From Nitrospirota bacterium (GTDB taxonomy: Bacteria; Nitrospirota; Thermodesulfovibrionia; Thermodesulfovibrionales; Dissulfurispiraceae), in the NCBI GenBank assembly GCA_963710375.1, contig CAVPZX010000001.1:76210-140209 (forward strand): 64,000 bases of DNA, written 5' to 3'. Shown in pieces: positions 1 through 11,642 of the stretch. Made by a program: the position numbers and the translations under genes. Below the pieces are notes generated by a model, which did not search any database, was not told where the DNA came from, and saw nothing but the letters and a program-made list of their open reading frames with translations. Position 1 is the stretch's first letter. Every line of letters starts with the position of its first letter.

Positions 1-1152
1 GCGATATCCTTAATGACCGTTGCGATATCCCCTATTTCCACTACTTTATTGCTGAGGCTTCCCACGGCCCCGGAAAGTTCGAGGTTCGTATCATGGACCT
101 TCTTAATTGTCTGGATCGCACTATCGGACACCTCAGCTCCCCTTTCTAGCGATTTTCATTGCAGACTGGGAGCCGGCGTTTGCAGTAGTAGAGTTTTCGC
201 TGACATTGATAATAGTTTTCATCATTTTGTCAGCCGAAGTGGATATCGTGCCTACCTGTTGAAACTGGACAATTGTTTCAGCCTTTGAACTTTCAATTTT
301 GACCTTCATGATATCAATAGCAGCCATAACATCATGCATCACTTCGAAAATAGATTGAATGATGGCGTTCAATGACCCCACAACTTTATTTATACTTTTT
401 GAGAGTTGTCCAATTTCATCATTGTTTGCATAATCGATTGATACCCTCAAATCGCCATTAGCGAGGGTTTCCACTTCTGAAACCATGCGTGACAACGGTT
501 TAGTTATGCTGCGGGAGAACAACCAGCCTGCAGTGGCCATTAGTGCCATGACCAGACTCGTAAATATTGCAACTTTCCAGGCAATTCCCCTGAACTCCGT
601 GGACACATCATCCAGGTAAACGCCGGTCCCTATTATCCATCCCCATGGTTCAAATCCCATGACATAAGATATTTTCTGGACAGGATCTTTGAAATCGGGT
701 TTTGGCCATAAGTAATCGACAAAACCGGCTTTATTTTTTTCCACCGTCTCAACAAATTCGACGAAAAGCTTTTTGCCTTCCGGATCCTTGAAATCGGAGA
801 GATCTTTGCCGTCAAGTTCAGGCTTATAAGGATGCATCACCATTCTGGGCTGCATATCGGTTATAAAGAAATATTCCTTTGAATCATATCTCAACGATTT
901 GAGAACTGTAATAGCAGTTGTCTTGGCATCTTGCTCCGAAATATTTCCTGTTTTTGAAAGGTTATAGAAATGTTCAAGGACGCTATAGCCCGTTTCGACG
1001 ATCTGTCGTGTTTTTACGCGTTTTTCATTAAGCATCGTGCTATGAATAACGTTAAGCAGTCCCCCTATTATGATTCCCATACCTAACAACGCAATAACGA
1101 CTATAATCCACAGTTTGAGTTTCAGTGTCAGGCTTTGTGTTAATTTCCCCAT
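1..1152 (-). CDS. Methyl-accepting chemotaxis protein (TM-sCache_2-TM-HAMP-MA); +1 frameshift near 138, runs off the left edge
   Basis: Cache motifs YFFITD..MVMHP, GFVDYLWPKP, WGWIIGTGVY. After the TGA at 133-135 the shifted frame reads AEVSDSAIQTIKKVHD...VEIGDIATVIKDIA (MCP signalling domain). ATG at 1152 with GGGAG RBS. Confidence 0.9.
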
Positions 1153-1310
1153 AAGTCTCCCTCCGTTTTCCGTCACATTGCTACAAAAAGAAAAAAGTTT
1201 TGGCTGATATCAAATATACTCTCAGCATATTCATATTGAGACTGCAGTGCCCGAATTGATACAATTTTTTCCGTAGTTGCATGTCTGAATTCTTTATTGA
1301 CTTACAGTTA

Positions 1311-1426
1311 AGCAAGGACTATGCCAGACGAGGTAATACATAATCTTCTTGATTTATTGGGATTTCTGAGTAATGTTATACAGGATGGACATGAATTAAT
1401 TCCAATGCCCATGGAAAAAATACATA
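1311..1426 (-). promoter_or_regulatory. sigma54 promoter with upstream activator sites (module copy 1)
   Basis: TGGCATAGTCCTTGCT (GG-N10-GC) at 1326-1311, plus TGGAATTAATTCA and TGTATTTTTTCCA boxes upstream. Homologous to 16711-16825 and 29494-29610. Confidence 0.85.
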
Positions 1427-1464
1427 TAAGATATATCCATACACTCCGGCACCGGGCGTGTTTT

Positions 1465-2973
1465 TTATGTAACGCTTTTACTCTCGTTAATACGGAAGTG
1501 ATCTTCGAATACCTTCCTGAAATGGAATCCGTATATTGAAAACGTTATGGCCAGGGGGAAGAGTTTAGGACGCCTGAAGAGGGACCAGAAGAAGATCCTC
1601 CAGTAGTAGAAACGCTCTTTCCCGATTATCCCCAGTACGAAAGCAGACTTGAATCCCGCCTTCAAGTAGCTGTACCGCATGTGGATTACGTTTTTCTGAA
1701 CCGGCCTGTACTCACGCAGAAACTTCTTGACCCTGGCATGGTAATGTTTCGGGGAATAAATGGTATCGATGATTTTTTTATAACCGATGAGGAGATTATC
1801 ATAGTTCATTCTAGGAATGAAGTTCATGGAAAGGTCTGTGTTGTCTCCGGTCACTGTCTTTAATAACCTGTTTTCTCTGACAAGCCGGTCATAGAGCTTT
1901 GTCCCCTTTGGCGCGTTAAGGAGTCCCACCATCGCTGTTACAATACCGCTGTCCTGGATGAACCTTATCATTCTCTCGAATATCGATGCAGGGTCTTTGT
2001 CAAAGCCGACGATAAACCCTGCCTGGACTTCAAGCCCGAAGCTTTGAAGCTTCCTGACACTTGCTATAAGGTCCCGGTTCTTATTTGGTATCTTGGTGCA
2101 TTCCAGCAGGCTTTCTTCGTGAGGAGACTCGATGCCCACAAATACAGTGCTGAACTCAGCGCGGGCCATCATTCTCATGAGGTCCTCGTCGTCAGCAAGA
2201 TTGATGGAAGCCTCAGTCGAGAGGTTAAACGGATGTTTTTTAGTGTCCATCCACTGGATAATCGAAGGCAGTATCTCCTCCTTCAGCTTCTTCTTATTGC
2301 CTATGAAGTTGTCGTCCACGAAGAATACTCCGCCTCTCCAGCCAAGCGTGTAGAGTTTCTCCAATTCCCCTATTACCTGCTGACTGCTTTTTGTCCTGGG
2401 GACCCTGCCGTAGAGTGATGTGATGTTACAGAATTCGCACTCGAAAGGACAGCCCCTTGAATACTGGATATTCATGGAGGCGTAGTGCTTCGGGTTTATC
2501 AGCTCCCAGAGGGGGATAGGGGTGGTTGTAATGTCAGCCCATTCATCGGATGCGTATATATGCCGGGGTTGTCCGGCTTTTATATCGTTTAAAAATAGCG
2601 GAAGCGTTATCTCAGCCTCGTTCAGCACCAGATGATCGACATCGGCAAAATCTTCGTATTCATTTGTAAAAAGCGGACCTCCGGCTACTACTTCAACACC
2701 GATGGACCTGCATCGCTGGATTAAGTTTTTTACCGATTCCTTCTGCACAGACATTGCGCTCAAAAAAACATAATCCGCCCACATAAGATCTTTGTCTTCC
2801 AGTTTTCGCACATTCATATCCACGAGCCGCTTCTCCCATTCAGGAGGAAGCATTGCAGCGATTGTCAGTAACCCCAGGGGAGGATGGACAGCCTTTTTTG
2901 AGATGAATTTAAGGGCATAGGAAAAACTCCAGAACGTATCAGGGTATTCCGGATATACCAGGAGCACTTTCAA
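1465..2973 (-). CDS. B12-binding domain radical SAM protein (DUF4070-type C-terminus)
   Basis: PPLGLLTIAA, GGP, RGCPFECEFC (CxxxCxxC), FFVDDNFIG. TTG start after an AAGGAG RBS. Confidence 0.9.
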   Translation of the reverse strand: MKVLLVYPEYPDTFWSFSYALKFISKKAVHPPLGLLTIAAMLPPEWEKRLVDMNVRKLEDKDLMWADYVFLSAMSVQKESVKNLIQRCRSIGVEVVAGGPLFTNEYEDFADVDHLVLNEAEITLPLFLNDIKAGQPRHIYASDEWADITTTPIPLWELINPKHYASMNIQYSRGCPFECEFCNITSLYGRVPRTKSSQQVIGELEKLYTLGWRGGVFFVDDNFIGNKKKLKEEILPSIIQWMDTKKHPFNLSTEASINLADDEDLMRMMARAEFSTVFVGIESPHEESLLECTKIPNKNRDLIASVRKLQSFGLEVQAGFIVGFDKDPASIFERMIRFIQDSGIVTAMVGLLNAPKGTKLYDRLVRENRLLKTVTGDNTDLSMNFIPRMNYDNLLIGYKKIIDTIYSPKHYHARVKKFLREYRPVQKNVIHMRYSYLKAGFKSAFVLGIIGKERFYYWRIFFWSLFRRPKLFPLAITFSIYGFHFRKVFEDHFRINESKSVT

Positions 2974-3083
2974 GTGGAACTCCTTATGTGCACGAGAAAA
3001 GGTTATTAAAGGCTGAGAAAATGCCAAATTGCATTACTTTTGTATACTAGCATAATTAGGATAGGTTTATAAACTATCGGAAG

Positions 3084-3259
3084 GCAGGAGGAGTGGAGCA
3101 CTTGTTTTTCGTCGCGCTGAAACTACCTTTGTCGGCAAATCCCAATGTTTCCATAGCAGCGATCCCCTAATCGGTTCTCAGGTGGGGCTCGGCGTTACTC
3201 GCCCCTTCTACAGTAGACCCGTGCATCGCGTCGAAAAACAAGTGCTGCACTCCTCCTGC
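3084..3259. repeat. 176-bp element with 33-bp terminal inverted repeats (MITE-like long hairpin)
   Basis: GCAGGAGGAGTGGAGCACTTGTTTTTCGTCGCG ... CGCGTCGAAAAACAAGTGCTGCACTCCTCCTGC (2 mismatches). Confidence 0.75.
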
Positions 3260-3271
3260 TATTTAATTATA

Positions 3272-5600
3272 TCAGTCCACATTCGCTTCTGGTGGAGGGG
3301 CTTTTTCCACTTTCGCAGGAGCTTCGCTGTATGTAGTCGGCTGCGTGCCTTCTTTGAAAAACTCATATATCTTCGGAGTCTCAGTGTGCTGCAGCAACCC
3401 TAGTATTGTAGTAGGCTCATCGTGTACCAGAAGGCCGGTGGCAGGGTTAACGGGAAGCCTCACGATGCCTTCAGGAACGGTGAAATCCTCAACAGGGTCG
3501 CCTGCAAGAGCGTCCCTCATGAAGTTTGCCCATATCGGAGCGGCTGCCCTTCCGCCGACCTCACCCCTGCCAAGAGATTTTCTCATATCGTCAAAACCGA
3601 CCCATACACATCCCACCAACTGCGGCGTGTACCCGGCAAACCATGCGTCCTTGTAATCGTTACTGGTACCAGTCTTGCCGGCAGTCTGACCGTCCGATAT
3701 TTGCCCTCATGCCAGTGCCGTAGCTTATAACGTCCTCCATCATTGAGGTAATTAGAAACGCTGTCTGGGGAGAGATGCTCTCGACACCTTCAGGCTCATT
3801 GCTCTCAAGTACGTTTCCCTGCGCATCCGTGACGTATTTAATTGCGATCGGCTTCATTTTTTCCCCACCATTGGCGAACGTGGCATAAGTATATGCCAGT
3901 TCCATAGGAGTGACGCTTATTGAACCGAGCGCTATCGTGAGTTCACGGGGCATGTTAGTGTCTATGCCCACGTCTCGTGCAACGGCCATTACCTTATCAA
4001 TGCCTACCGCCTCTACAAGCTTCACGGTTACAACGTTTCTCGAATAGGCGAGAGCCTCCCGCAGTCTGGTAGGACCGTTAAATTTACGGTCATAGTTCTC
4101 CGGCCGCCACTCTCCGGCAGGTCCTCCGGGATATGAGACCGGCGCGTCGTTGATAATGCTTGCCGGTGTGAAATTGTTCTCCAGCGCAGCGGCATATATT
4201 ATAGGTTTAAAGGCAGAACCGGGCTGCCTCTCTGCATTCAGCGCGCGGTTGTACTCGCTTCTGGTGAAACTATAGCCACCCACGATTGCTCTCACATATC
4301 CTGTTTCAGGTTCAACCGCCACTAACGCGCCTTCAATGTCGGGCTCCTGCTCAAGGCTGAATGTGACATTTTTATTTGCAATGCTCCTGAATTTCACCCA
4401 TATTATATCGCCGCGATGGAGGATATCCGTAAGTCTGAAAGCCTTTGCCGATTCAGGCTTCTTCAGGCCTTTGCCGGCGCTATTAAGGGCCCATAATGCA
4501 TCACCGAGCAGCAGTTTGCCGGTAAGCCCACGTGCCTTAACAACCGCTTCCCTCGGGCCGACCGACATCACGACCCCTGTCGATATATCTCCCGCCGATG
4601 CGGTAAAAGAGACCTTGTGTTCTTTCGTATCCTCTTTTACCAGATCTTTGTGGCCGATTGGACCCCTCCAGCCGCGCCGTTTATCAACCTCACGCAAACC
4701 CTCCTGAAGCGCCCGCTGTGCATACATCTGATCGCTTTTGCTGAGCGTTGTATACGCCTTCAGGCCGCCTTTGTATACCATTTCAACTCCATATTTCTGT
4801 TCCAACTGCTGTCTGACATATTCAAGGAAATAATTGTAGGTGTCGGTGTTTGACCTTAATGACGAAAGAGAGGGTAACGCAGCCTTTGCAGCGGCCCTTT
4901 GAGAGGCGGTTATATATCCTGCCTCTTCCATTCTAGCAAGAACGATTTCCTGCCGTTCCTTTGCTTTTACGAGGTCATTGTAAGGAGAGTAGGTGGAGGG
5001 CGCCTTGATAAGACCTGCCAACATAGCTGCCTCGGGTAGCGTCAGTTGCCCTACTGATTTGCCGAAATATACCCGAGATGCCATCTCTATGCCATAGGCC
5101 CCGTGCCCGAAATATACCTTGTTAAGATATATCTCCAGTATCTCCTTTTTTGAAAGCTCCTTTTCGAGTTTCATTGCAAGCTGGGCCTCGCGGATCTTTC
5201 TTGAGATCGTCTTTTCCGGGGAAAGAAACATTATTTTGGCAAGCTGCTGTGTAATAGTGCTGCCGCCTTCTTTCAGACTCGCATGAATAATATCCTGAAC
5301 CAGGGCGCGGGCAATTCCTATATAGTCAATGCCTTTATGATGCCAGAAGCGGGAGTCCTCGACGGCAACTACAGCATTTTTTACATTGTCGGGGATTTTT
5401 TCAAAAGGTACAAAGATGCCCCTTTCGACTTTCAACTCTCCGATCAGCGAGTCATCATCGGCATATACTTTTGTCCCGTTGGTGGCACGGTATTTTTTGA
5501 GTTCAGCTATTGAGGGGGTGCCCTGTGCAATGGCGAGATAACCGCCGGCCGCCGAACCGATGACTATAACCAGAATAAACAAGACCAGCTTGAAGCGCAT
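3272..5600 (-). CDS. mrcA: Penicillin-binding protein 1A; +1 frameshift near 3690
   Basis: EDSRF, GGSTITQQL, RKIRE, GSAFK (SxxK), SRN. The shifted frame restores AGKTGTSNDYKDAWFAGYTP and joins the 3272-3619 ORF. Confidence 0.92.
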
Positions 5601-5645
5601 TTATTAATTATAAAAGGATGTGATACAATTTTACAACAACGCGTA

Positions 5646-6116
5646 ATGGCAATGCATTTTTTTAAATATATCAGCCCTGTTGGCAACATATATTGTGTTT
5701 TCGCGGGCCCTTTTCTGGTCGAGATGGCTATTCGGGAGCGGCCTGTTCACGCCGCCGGTTTGTCTGAGAGTCCCATGCCGCTCAACAACAGTTTCAAAGC
5801 CGAACTGGATGCCTATTTTGCCGGCAGGCAGAAGATATTCAGGCAAAAAATTAAATTTATTGAAGGGACGGCATTCGAGCGTAAGGTGTGGAGGGCTTTA
5901 AGCGGCATACCTTATGGTGAGACCCGTTCATACCGGTGGATTGCCGAATGCGCAGGCAGTCCGAAAGCGGTGAGAGCGGCAGGGCAGGCTCTTAAGAAGA
6001 ATCCATTGCCTATAATACTACCCTGCCATAGGGTCATTGCATCTGACGGGTCTCTTGGCGGTTATTCCGGCGGTGTTGAAGTAAAACAATGGCTGCTCAG
6101 GCACGAAAAAAAATAG
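5646..6116 (+). CDS. ogt: Methylated-DNA-protein-cysteine methyltransferase
   Basis: IPYGETRSY, RAAG, PCHRV active site. Confidence 0.93.
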   Translation: MAMHFFKYISPVGNIYCVFAGPFLVEMAIRERPVHAAGLSESPMPLNNSFKAELDAYFAGRQKIFRQKIKFIEGTAFERKVWRALSGIPYGETRSYRWIAECAGSPKAVRAAGQALKKNPLPIILPCHRVIASDGSLGGYSGGVEVKQWLLRHEKK

Positions 6117-6129
6117 CGTCGGTATCCAT

Positions 6130-6678
6130 TTAATTGCTATCAGAAGCTGTCAGATAGTTTTCTATTATGTCAGACCATGCTGCATAGCCTTTCTCGCTCA
6201 GGTGCACCCCGTCATTGAGCAGATACTCTTTTTTGGGTTCCGAATCCGGCCCCAAGAATAGACTGTGCAGATCAAGGTAATCCGACTTAAATTCTTTCGC
6301 TATTCCCCTCAGCGAATCATTAAGCCCCCGTAAGGCTGAATTATCTACCCAGGAGAGTACCACGGGCAGAATGCTTTGGATGACTAATTTTGAATTGCTG
6401 AAAGAAGCGGCAAGAATATTGATAATCCTCTTGTAGCTTGAGATGATTTCGTAATCTTCCATTGCCAGGTTGTTAATGCCGGTCATAATAAAAATAAGAT
6501 CCGGTTTTCGGCCTATGTTTTGGATGCTCAGGAGTATTCTGTCCATGCGACCCAAAAGCCCCTCGACCGTTTCCCCGGACACGCCGAGATTTAAGACAAG
6601 AAAGTCAGGGAATCGCTCCTGCCAATCAAAAAACTCCGTCAACGAATCACCAATGAAGACTAAGCACTTATTGTTCAT
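6130..6678 (-). CDS. SGNH/GDSL hydrolase
   Basis: FIGDSLT, NLGVSG, GINN, DGVH. ATG at 6678 with GGAGG RBS. Confidence 0.9.
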   Translation of the reverse strand: MNNKCLVFIGDSLTEFFDWQERFPDFLVLNLGVSGETVEGLLGRMDRILLSIQNIGRKPDLIFIMTGINNLAMEDYEIISSYKRIINILAASFSNSKLVIQSILPVVLSWVDNSALRGLNDSLRGIAKEFKSDYLDLHSLFLGPDSEPKKEYLLNDGVHLSEKGYAAWSDIIENYLTASDSN

Positions 6679-6786
6679 TGAAAAGTGGTTAAACCTCCCT
6701 CTGGACCAGCTTTCTATAGTTATTGATATATAAGAATATACTCGGCAAGCTGAATTCTGCAATTGATTTGCTGTATAATTCTCTTA

Positions 6787-6823
6787 AGGGTCTGCGAATA
6801 AGTAACTTGTGCATTCAGACCCT
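6787..6823. repeat. Solo end of the MITE family seen at 31547-31730
   Basis: AGGGTCTGCGAATAAGTAACTTGTGCATTCAG resembles AGGGCTCGCAAATAAATAACTTGTGCATTCAG, the reverse complement of the 31699-31730 end. Confidence 0.65.
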
Positions 6824-6855
6824 AAACGGTTTTATCGAAGGAGTACGGCATTAAT

Positions 6856-7401
6856 ATGGAAGAGATACAGAGATTTCTGAGCGGGAAAGGTGAAGAAATT
6901 ATTCTCAGGCCAGCTGGGCCGGACGATGCTGAAAGTATTATCAAAGCTTTGAAATCTTTCGCGCCCGAACGCAGTTATGTTCTGATGGAGCAGTTCGGCA
7001 AGGGCGTAGATGCGGAAAGGGAATATATAAGCAAGTTGAGCAGGGACAACAACCTGCTCCTTGTCGGCGTTGCCGGTGACAATCAGGTCATAGGCATTCT
7101 CGAGGCCATTCAGTCCGATGGCGGGCAGAGACCGGAAACTGCACATGTGCTTAACATAGGACTACATCTCATAGAGGCGTTTCGCGGATTGGGCATCGGC
7201 TCCCGCATGCTGCAGTACACTGAAGAGTGGGCAAAGGAACATAAATTCAGGGAGCTGGAGACAAGTGTTTTTACAACAAACAAACGTTCTCTCAATCTGT
7301 TCAGAAAAGCCGGTTTTCTGAATGAGTGCACTAAAGCTAAGAGAATAAGAATGGGAAACGAATTTGTCGATGAAGTTATCATCTGCAAGTTGCTTGACTA
7401 A
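6856..7401 (+). CDS. GNAT N-acetyltransferase
   Basis: FRGLGIGSRM acetyl-CoA motif and NKRSLNLFRKAGF. Confidence 0.88.
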   Translation: MEEIQRFLSGKGEEIILRPAGPDDAESIIKALKSFAPERSYVLMEQFGKGVDAEREYISKLSRDNNLLLVGVAGDNQVIGILEAIQSDGGQRPETAHVLNIGLHLIEAFRGLGIGSRMLQYTEEWAKEHKFRELETSVFTTNKRSLNLFRKAGFLNECTKAKRIRMGNEFVDEVIICKLLD

Positions 7402-7434
7402 GAACGTATACCCATTCTCTGATTGGCCGCAACC

Positions 7435-9137
7435 TTATCTAATATAAGCCTCTGTTACGTATCTTCTCATCATCCTATGGGAATTGAAGTAATAGGCATT
7501 TTTGCCGATGGCGTTCTGCATGACCCTTATCCAAAGAGGCTTTTCATTATAAAACATCGGCATGATAATGCTCTCAAGCTTGTAATACAGGTCATCTGCG
7601 TCACGGGCCGGATCGGCAGGGACATTGGGCGACGGCCCTATGGCCCATCCGGTAAACCCTTCGATATGTCCTTCGATCCACCATCCGTCGAGCACACTGA
7701 AATTCGGGACTCCGTTATGCGTTGCCTTCATTCCGCTGGTTCCTGAGGCCTCGAGCGGCCTGAGCGGTGTATTGAGCCAAACATCGACACCTGATGTGAT
7801 TTTAAGTGCGATATCCATACTATAATTCTTCAGAAATACTATGCGTATCTTGTGCTTGAGCCGCTCTTTAATTTCAAAGATGTGCTGTATCAGCTTTTTA
7901 CCCGATTCATCATGCGGATGGGCCTTTCCCGCATATACAATTTGAAGTCTTCCTTCAGCCATGCGCGCCAACCGGTCCATATCGGTAAAAAGCAGGTCTG
8001 CTCTTTTATAAGCAGTTGCCCTCCTGGCGAATCCGATGGTAAAAGTATCATAATTCATACCCGCCTGCGTCTCGCGGTTTACATAGTCGATAAGTTGCCG
8101 TTTCGCTTCCATATGCGCTTCCCATAGCTCATTGTCCGGGATGCGACCGACCCTTACGAAGATCTCGGGCTCATTGGCCCAGCCAGGCAGGTATTTATCA
8201 TAGAGTCTTTTAAAACTGTCGCACGTCCAGGTAAAGGAATGTACCCCGTTTGTTATGGCATGGATGGCGTATCCGGGAAACATACTCTGAGAAACCTCGC
8301 CGTGTTTTTTTGCCACTCCGTTTATATAGTTGCAGAGATTCAGGGCGAGCAGCGTTAAATTAAGGTAGTCCTGTCCGGCAAATTCTTTTACAGCGCTTAG
8401 AGGAATGATCTCTTCCATTATGCGCTGCACCGTTTCATACGTAAACTTGTCATGCCCTGCAGCCACAGGGGTGTGAGTGGTAAAAACGCATAAACTCCTA
8501 ACCTTCTCGACATCCCATACGAGATTCTCGTCCCACACTTCTTCAATATCTTTTTTGTACCTTTTGAGTAATTCAAGTATCAGGAGGCTCGAATGCCCCT
8601 CGTTCATGTGATATTTCTTGATTTGGAATCCCACTCTTCAAGCATTCGTGTGCCGCCTATACCGAGCACAATTTCCTGTTTGAGCCGGTAGTCGTTATCA
8701 CCTCCGTAGAGACAATGGGTAATGCCCCTGTCCTGAGGCGCATTTTCTCCAAGGTCTGCATCGAGGAAGATAATGGGAACTTTCCCGCCTGTGGCACTTT
8801 CAATGATATATGTCCATGCCCCTATGACAACCTCTCTCCCCTCAATATGAACTATTACCTGTTCTGCGAGCGGATACATAAACTGCTGTGGATCGAACTC
8901 ATCAGGAAGTTCGGTCTGCCTCCCGTATATATCGAGCTCTTGCCTGAAATATCCTTTTTTTGTCAGTAAGGTTACTGCAACCATGGGGAGTTTCAGGTCG
9001 GCGGCTGATTTGATAGTATCTCCTGCCAGCACGCCGAGCCCGCCGCTATAGGTAGGCATATCGCTCCGAACCCCAATTTCCATAGAGAAATATGCTATTT
9101 TCGGCTCTTTTATAAAGGCATCCATACTATATTTCAT
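7435..9137 (-). CDS. glgP: Alpha-glucan (glycogen) phosphorylase; -1 frameshift near 8633
   Basis: YFSMEIG, YSGGLGVLAGD, HMNEGH, FTTHTP, RRATAYKR and EASGTSGMK (PLP lysine), split across two overlapping ORFs. Confidence 0.92.
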
Positions 9138-9191
9138 ACATGGTCCTCCTTGATTATAAATTCATGTTTGCTCGAAAATATTCAGACGTAC

Positions 9192-10025
9192 CTAAGGTAT
9201 GCTATTTGCCCTTTTTAGCAGTTCATCAAGTGCTGCCCGCCCGTTTTCTCCCAGGTCCAATGTGTAGTCGTTAACATATAGTCCGATATGCTTCAGCATT
9301 ACTTCTTCATCCATTTCACGGGCGTATTTTCTAATATAAGGAATTGCCTCGCTTTTATGTGCCAGCGAATAGTTTATACTTGTCCTAATAAGGTTTTCAA
9401 TCGTTTTTATCACCTGCATTCCAAGAGTTTTTCTTGCAATAATGCCGCCAAGAGGAATGGGCAATCCCGTCTCTTTCTCCCACCATTCCCCCAGATCAAT
9501 GATCTCGACAAGGCCAAAATCCTGATAAGTGAAACGGCTCTCGTGTATAATCAGCCCGGCGTCTACCAGTCCTTCATTAATTGAGTCCATAATCATGTGG
9601 AAAGGCATGCTGATCAACCCGACAGGTTGAGCATTGAAGGCGGAAGCAAAATACAGCTCCATCAGAAGCGCTGCTGTAGTAAGTTTGCCTGGAATAGCTA
9701 TTTTCAGGTCTTTGAATGGTTTTGCAGAAGAAAAAACGTTCCGGTCTTTTGCTATTACTAGGGGGCCGCATCCCCTGCCCAGGGCGCCGCCGGCACTCAT
9801 AAAATGATAGTCGTCCTGAAGATAACGAAACGCGTGACATGACACCTTTGTCACATCAAGCGCCTTGCCGACAGCGAGCCGGTTCAGCGTTTCCACATCT
9901 TCTATATTAAGAGTGAAGTCGAGCCCCTGTGTATCTATCAGCTTGTTGGCAATAGCGAAAAAGATAAAGGTATCATTCGGACACGGAGAAAAACCCAAAC
10001 GTATCATGATTTGAAATTTTACCAC
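9192..10025 (-). CDS. mqnD: 1,4-dihydroxy-6-naphthoate synthase (futalosine menaquinone pathway)
   Basis: SPCPNDTFIF, DVETLN, ALGRGCGP, IIHESRFTY, LPIPLGG, HIGLYVN. Confidence 0.93.
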   Translation of the reverse strand: MVKFQIMIRLGFSPCPNDTFIFFAIANKLIDTQGLDFTLNIEDVETLNRLAVGKALDVTKVSCHAFRYLQDDYHFMSAGGALGRGCGPLVIAKDRNVFSSAKPFKDLKIAIPGKLTTAALLMELYFASAFNAQPVGLISMPFHMIMDSINEGLVDAGLIIHESRFTYQDFGLVEIIDLGEWWEKETGLPIPLGGIIARKTLGMQVIKTIENLIRTSINYSLAHKSEAIPYIRKYAREMDEEVMLKHIGLYVNDYTLDLGENGRAALDELLKRANSIP

Positions 10026-10134
10026 TAATACGAAACATTTACCACCAAACCTCCCAGTTATTGGAACTGCAACGAAAGGGAATGTTGATTTCGAAAATCA
10101 ACAAAGACTGGCTCTTGGACCGGCATAAAATTGT

Positions 10135-10716
10135 TTATCGGAACATGGTAAGAGCGAAAATTACGATGCCGGTGCCGCCAACTAACATCGAGCCAAACCA
10201 GATAAGCCTGAAGCGCGTCAGAGCCGCCACGGCACCCAAAGCAATAGAGACCTGCAAAAGGGCAACTGAACTCGCAAAGCTATGGTGTTTGTGGAGGAGG
10301 TGGTCGGATTCCTTCAACCGCTCGTCCCTCTCATGTTCTTTATCCAGTGCTTTGTTTTTAATTGCAGTCTGTTCGTCGCTGTAACGCTTAATAGTTTCCT
10401 TGTACCGGGTGGGCGGGGTCCTTCTGATAGCAAGCCACGGGGTGCGGGAGGCCTCCTGAATAGCCGACTTTATCCCTTTTGCCTGGTAATAGGCCCACTG
10501 GTCCGATGCCTCAGACTGCAGACGCACAGCTTCCGTTTTTAGGGCGAGAGCTGTATTTACGGTGCTTCCGGCCTGCAGTGAAGCAATAGCCGCCAGGACG
10601 GCAAGAATTGCAGTAGTAATGGCAATCTGCTTTAGGAATGCTCCGCCTTCACGTTCGAGCTCCTCTTTAATCGTCTCTTCAAGTTTTTCGGTCTCAACCT
10701 CAGGGCCTTCCGGCAT
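10135..10716 (-). CDS. DUF4337-type membrane protein
   Basis: IAITTAILAVLAAI, ASDQWAYYQAKGIK, three hydrophobic segments. Confidence 0.8.
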   Translation of the reverse strand: MPEGPEVETEKLEETIKEELEREGGAFLKQIAITTAILAVLAAIASLQAGSTVNTALALKTEAVRLQSEASDQWAYYQAKGIKSAIQEASRTPWLAIRRTPPTRYKETIKRYSDEQTAIKNKALDKEHERDERLKESDHLLHKHHSFASSVALLQVSIALGAVAALTRFRLIWFGSMLVGGTGIVIFALTMFR

Positions 10717-10782
10717 GGGCAGCCTCCTGCCTTTCAAATTCTAAGTATTCAGCTTACGGTTTATATGCCCGTACACCTCTCT

Positions 10783-11343
10783 TTATTTAACATAGTTAAC
10801 AGTGTTTTCCCTCCTGGCTGGTGCTTTGGCGTGTTCTATTTTCTTATAGCCTAAAGCGACTGCATGGGAAGGTTTATATCCTTCCGGTATACCTAATCGC
10901 TTCAAATAATCTTTTCCCTTTTCTCCCCCAAAAGCAAAGCCAACAAAAGCTACCCAACAGGAGCCTACACCAATGGATTCTGCCGCTATCAACATGTTTT
11001 CAGTCGCGGCAGCACAGCTGACTTCAGGCATCATAGCCTTTTCTTCACCCGAGACGATGATTGCTGTCGGAGCATTATAGAAGGCATGAAACTTTTCATT
11101 GTTAGCCAACTGCTGAATTAACTTGTCATCAAAGTGTTTAGCGGCAACCTTTGCATCATCGCTTAATTGGTCCAGTAACTGCTTGTCCTGCACAACTGTG
11201 AAATGCCATGATTGCTGATTGTGGGCGCTAGGCGCGTAAATACCCGCTTCGATAATGGTTTTCAATTCTTCTTCCTTAATTTGTTCCGCTAAAAATGCCC
11301 TGTTACTTCTTCTGTTAAGAATACTTCTTAGTGTTTCGTTCAT
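10783..11343 (-). CDS. Nitroreductase family protein
   Basis: RRSNRAF, APSAHNQQSWHF, ENMLIAAESIGVGSCW. Confidence 0.92.
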   Translation of the reverse strand: MNETLRSILNRRSNRAFLAEQIKEEELKTIIEAGIYAPSAHNQQSWHFTVVQDKQLLDQLSDDAKVAAKHFDDKLIQQLANNEKFHAFYNAPTAIIVSGEEKAMMPEVSCAAATENMLIAAESIGVGSCWVAFVGFAFGGEKGKDYLKRLGIPEGYKPSHAVALGYKKIEHAKAPARRENTVNYVK

Positions 11344-11642
11344 TTGTAACCTCCCCTTTTGCTTACGGTTATGGAAACGCACCGTTCCAATATACGTTAT
11401 TACCTGCCTGAAGATTCATAATTAAGTGGTGAACTTATGTCAAGTATATCATAGAAGTCCTCTTTATTCATTATAGGCAATAAGGGTTTGAAGAGTACGA
11501 GGTGAAAGTCGTCATCTGCGTAGGATTAATAAATGTTAAAAGGATTTGATAGAATAAAGGAATATAGATAGCAGGGGGGCGATGGGGTGGAACAGATACC
11601 TTGAAAAATAACCGGTCTTTATGCTACATTTCATATTCAAAA

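Noticed and set aside
3084..3259. 6S RNA (similar length and terminal stem)
   Set aside because: Lacks the 6S motifs and central bulge; the better candidate is 41183-41360.
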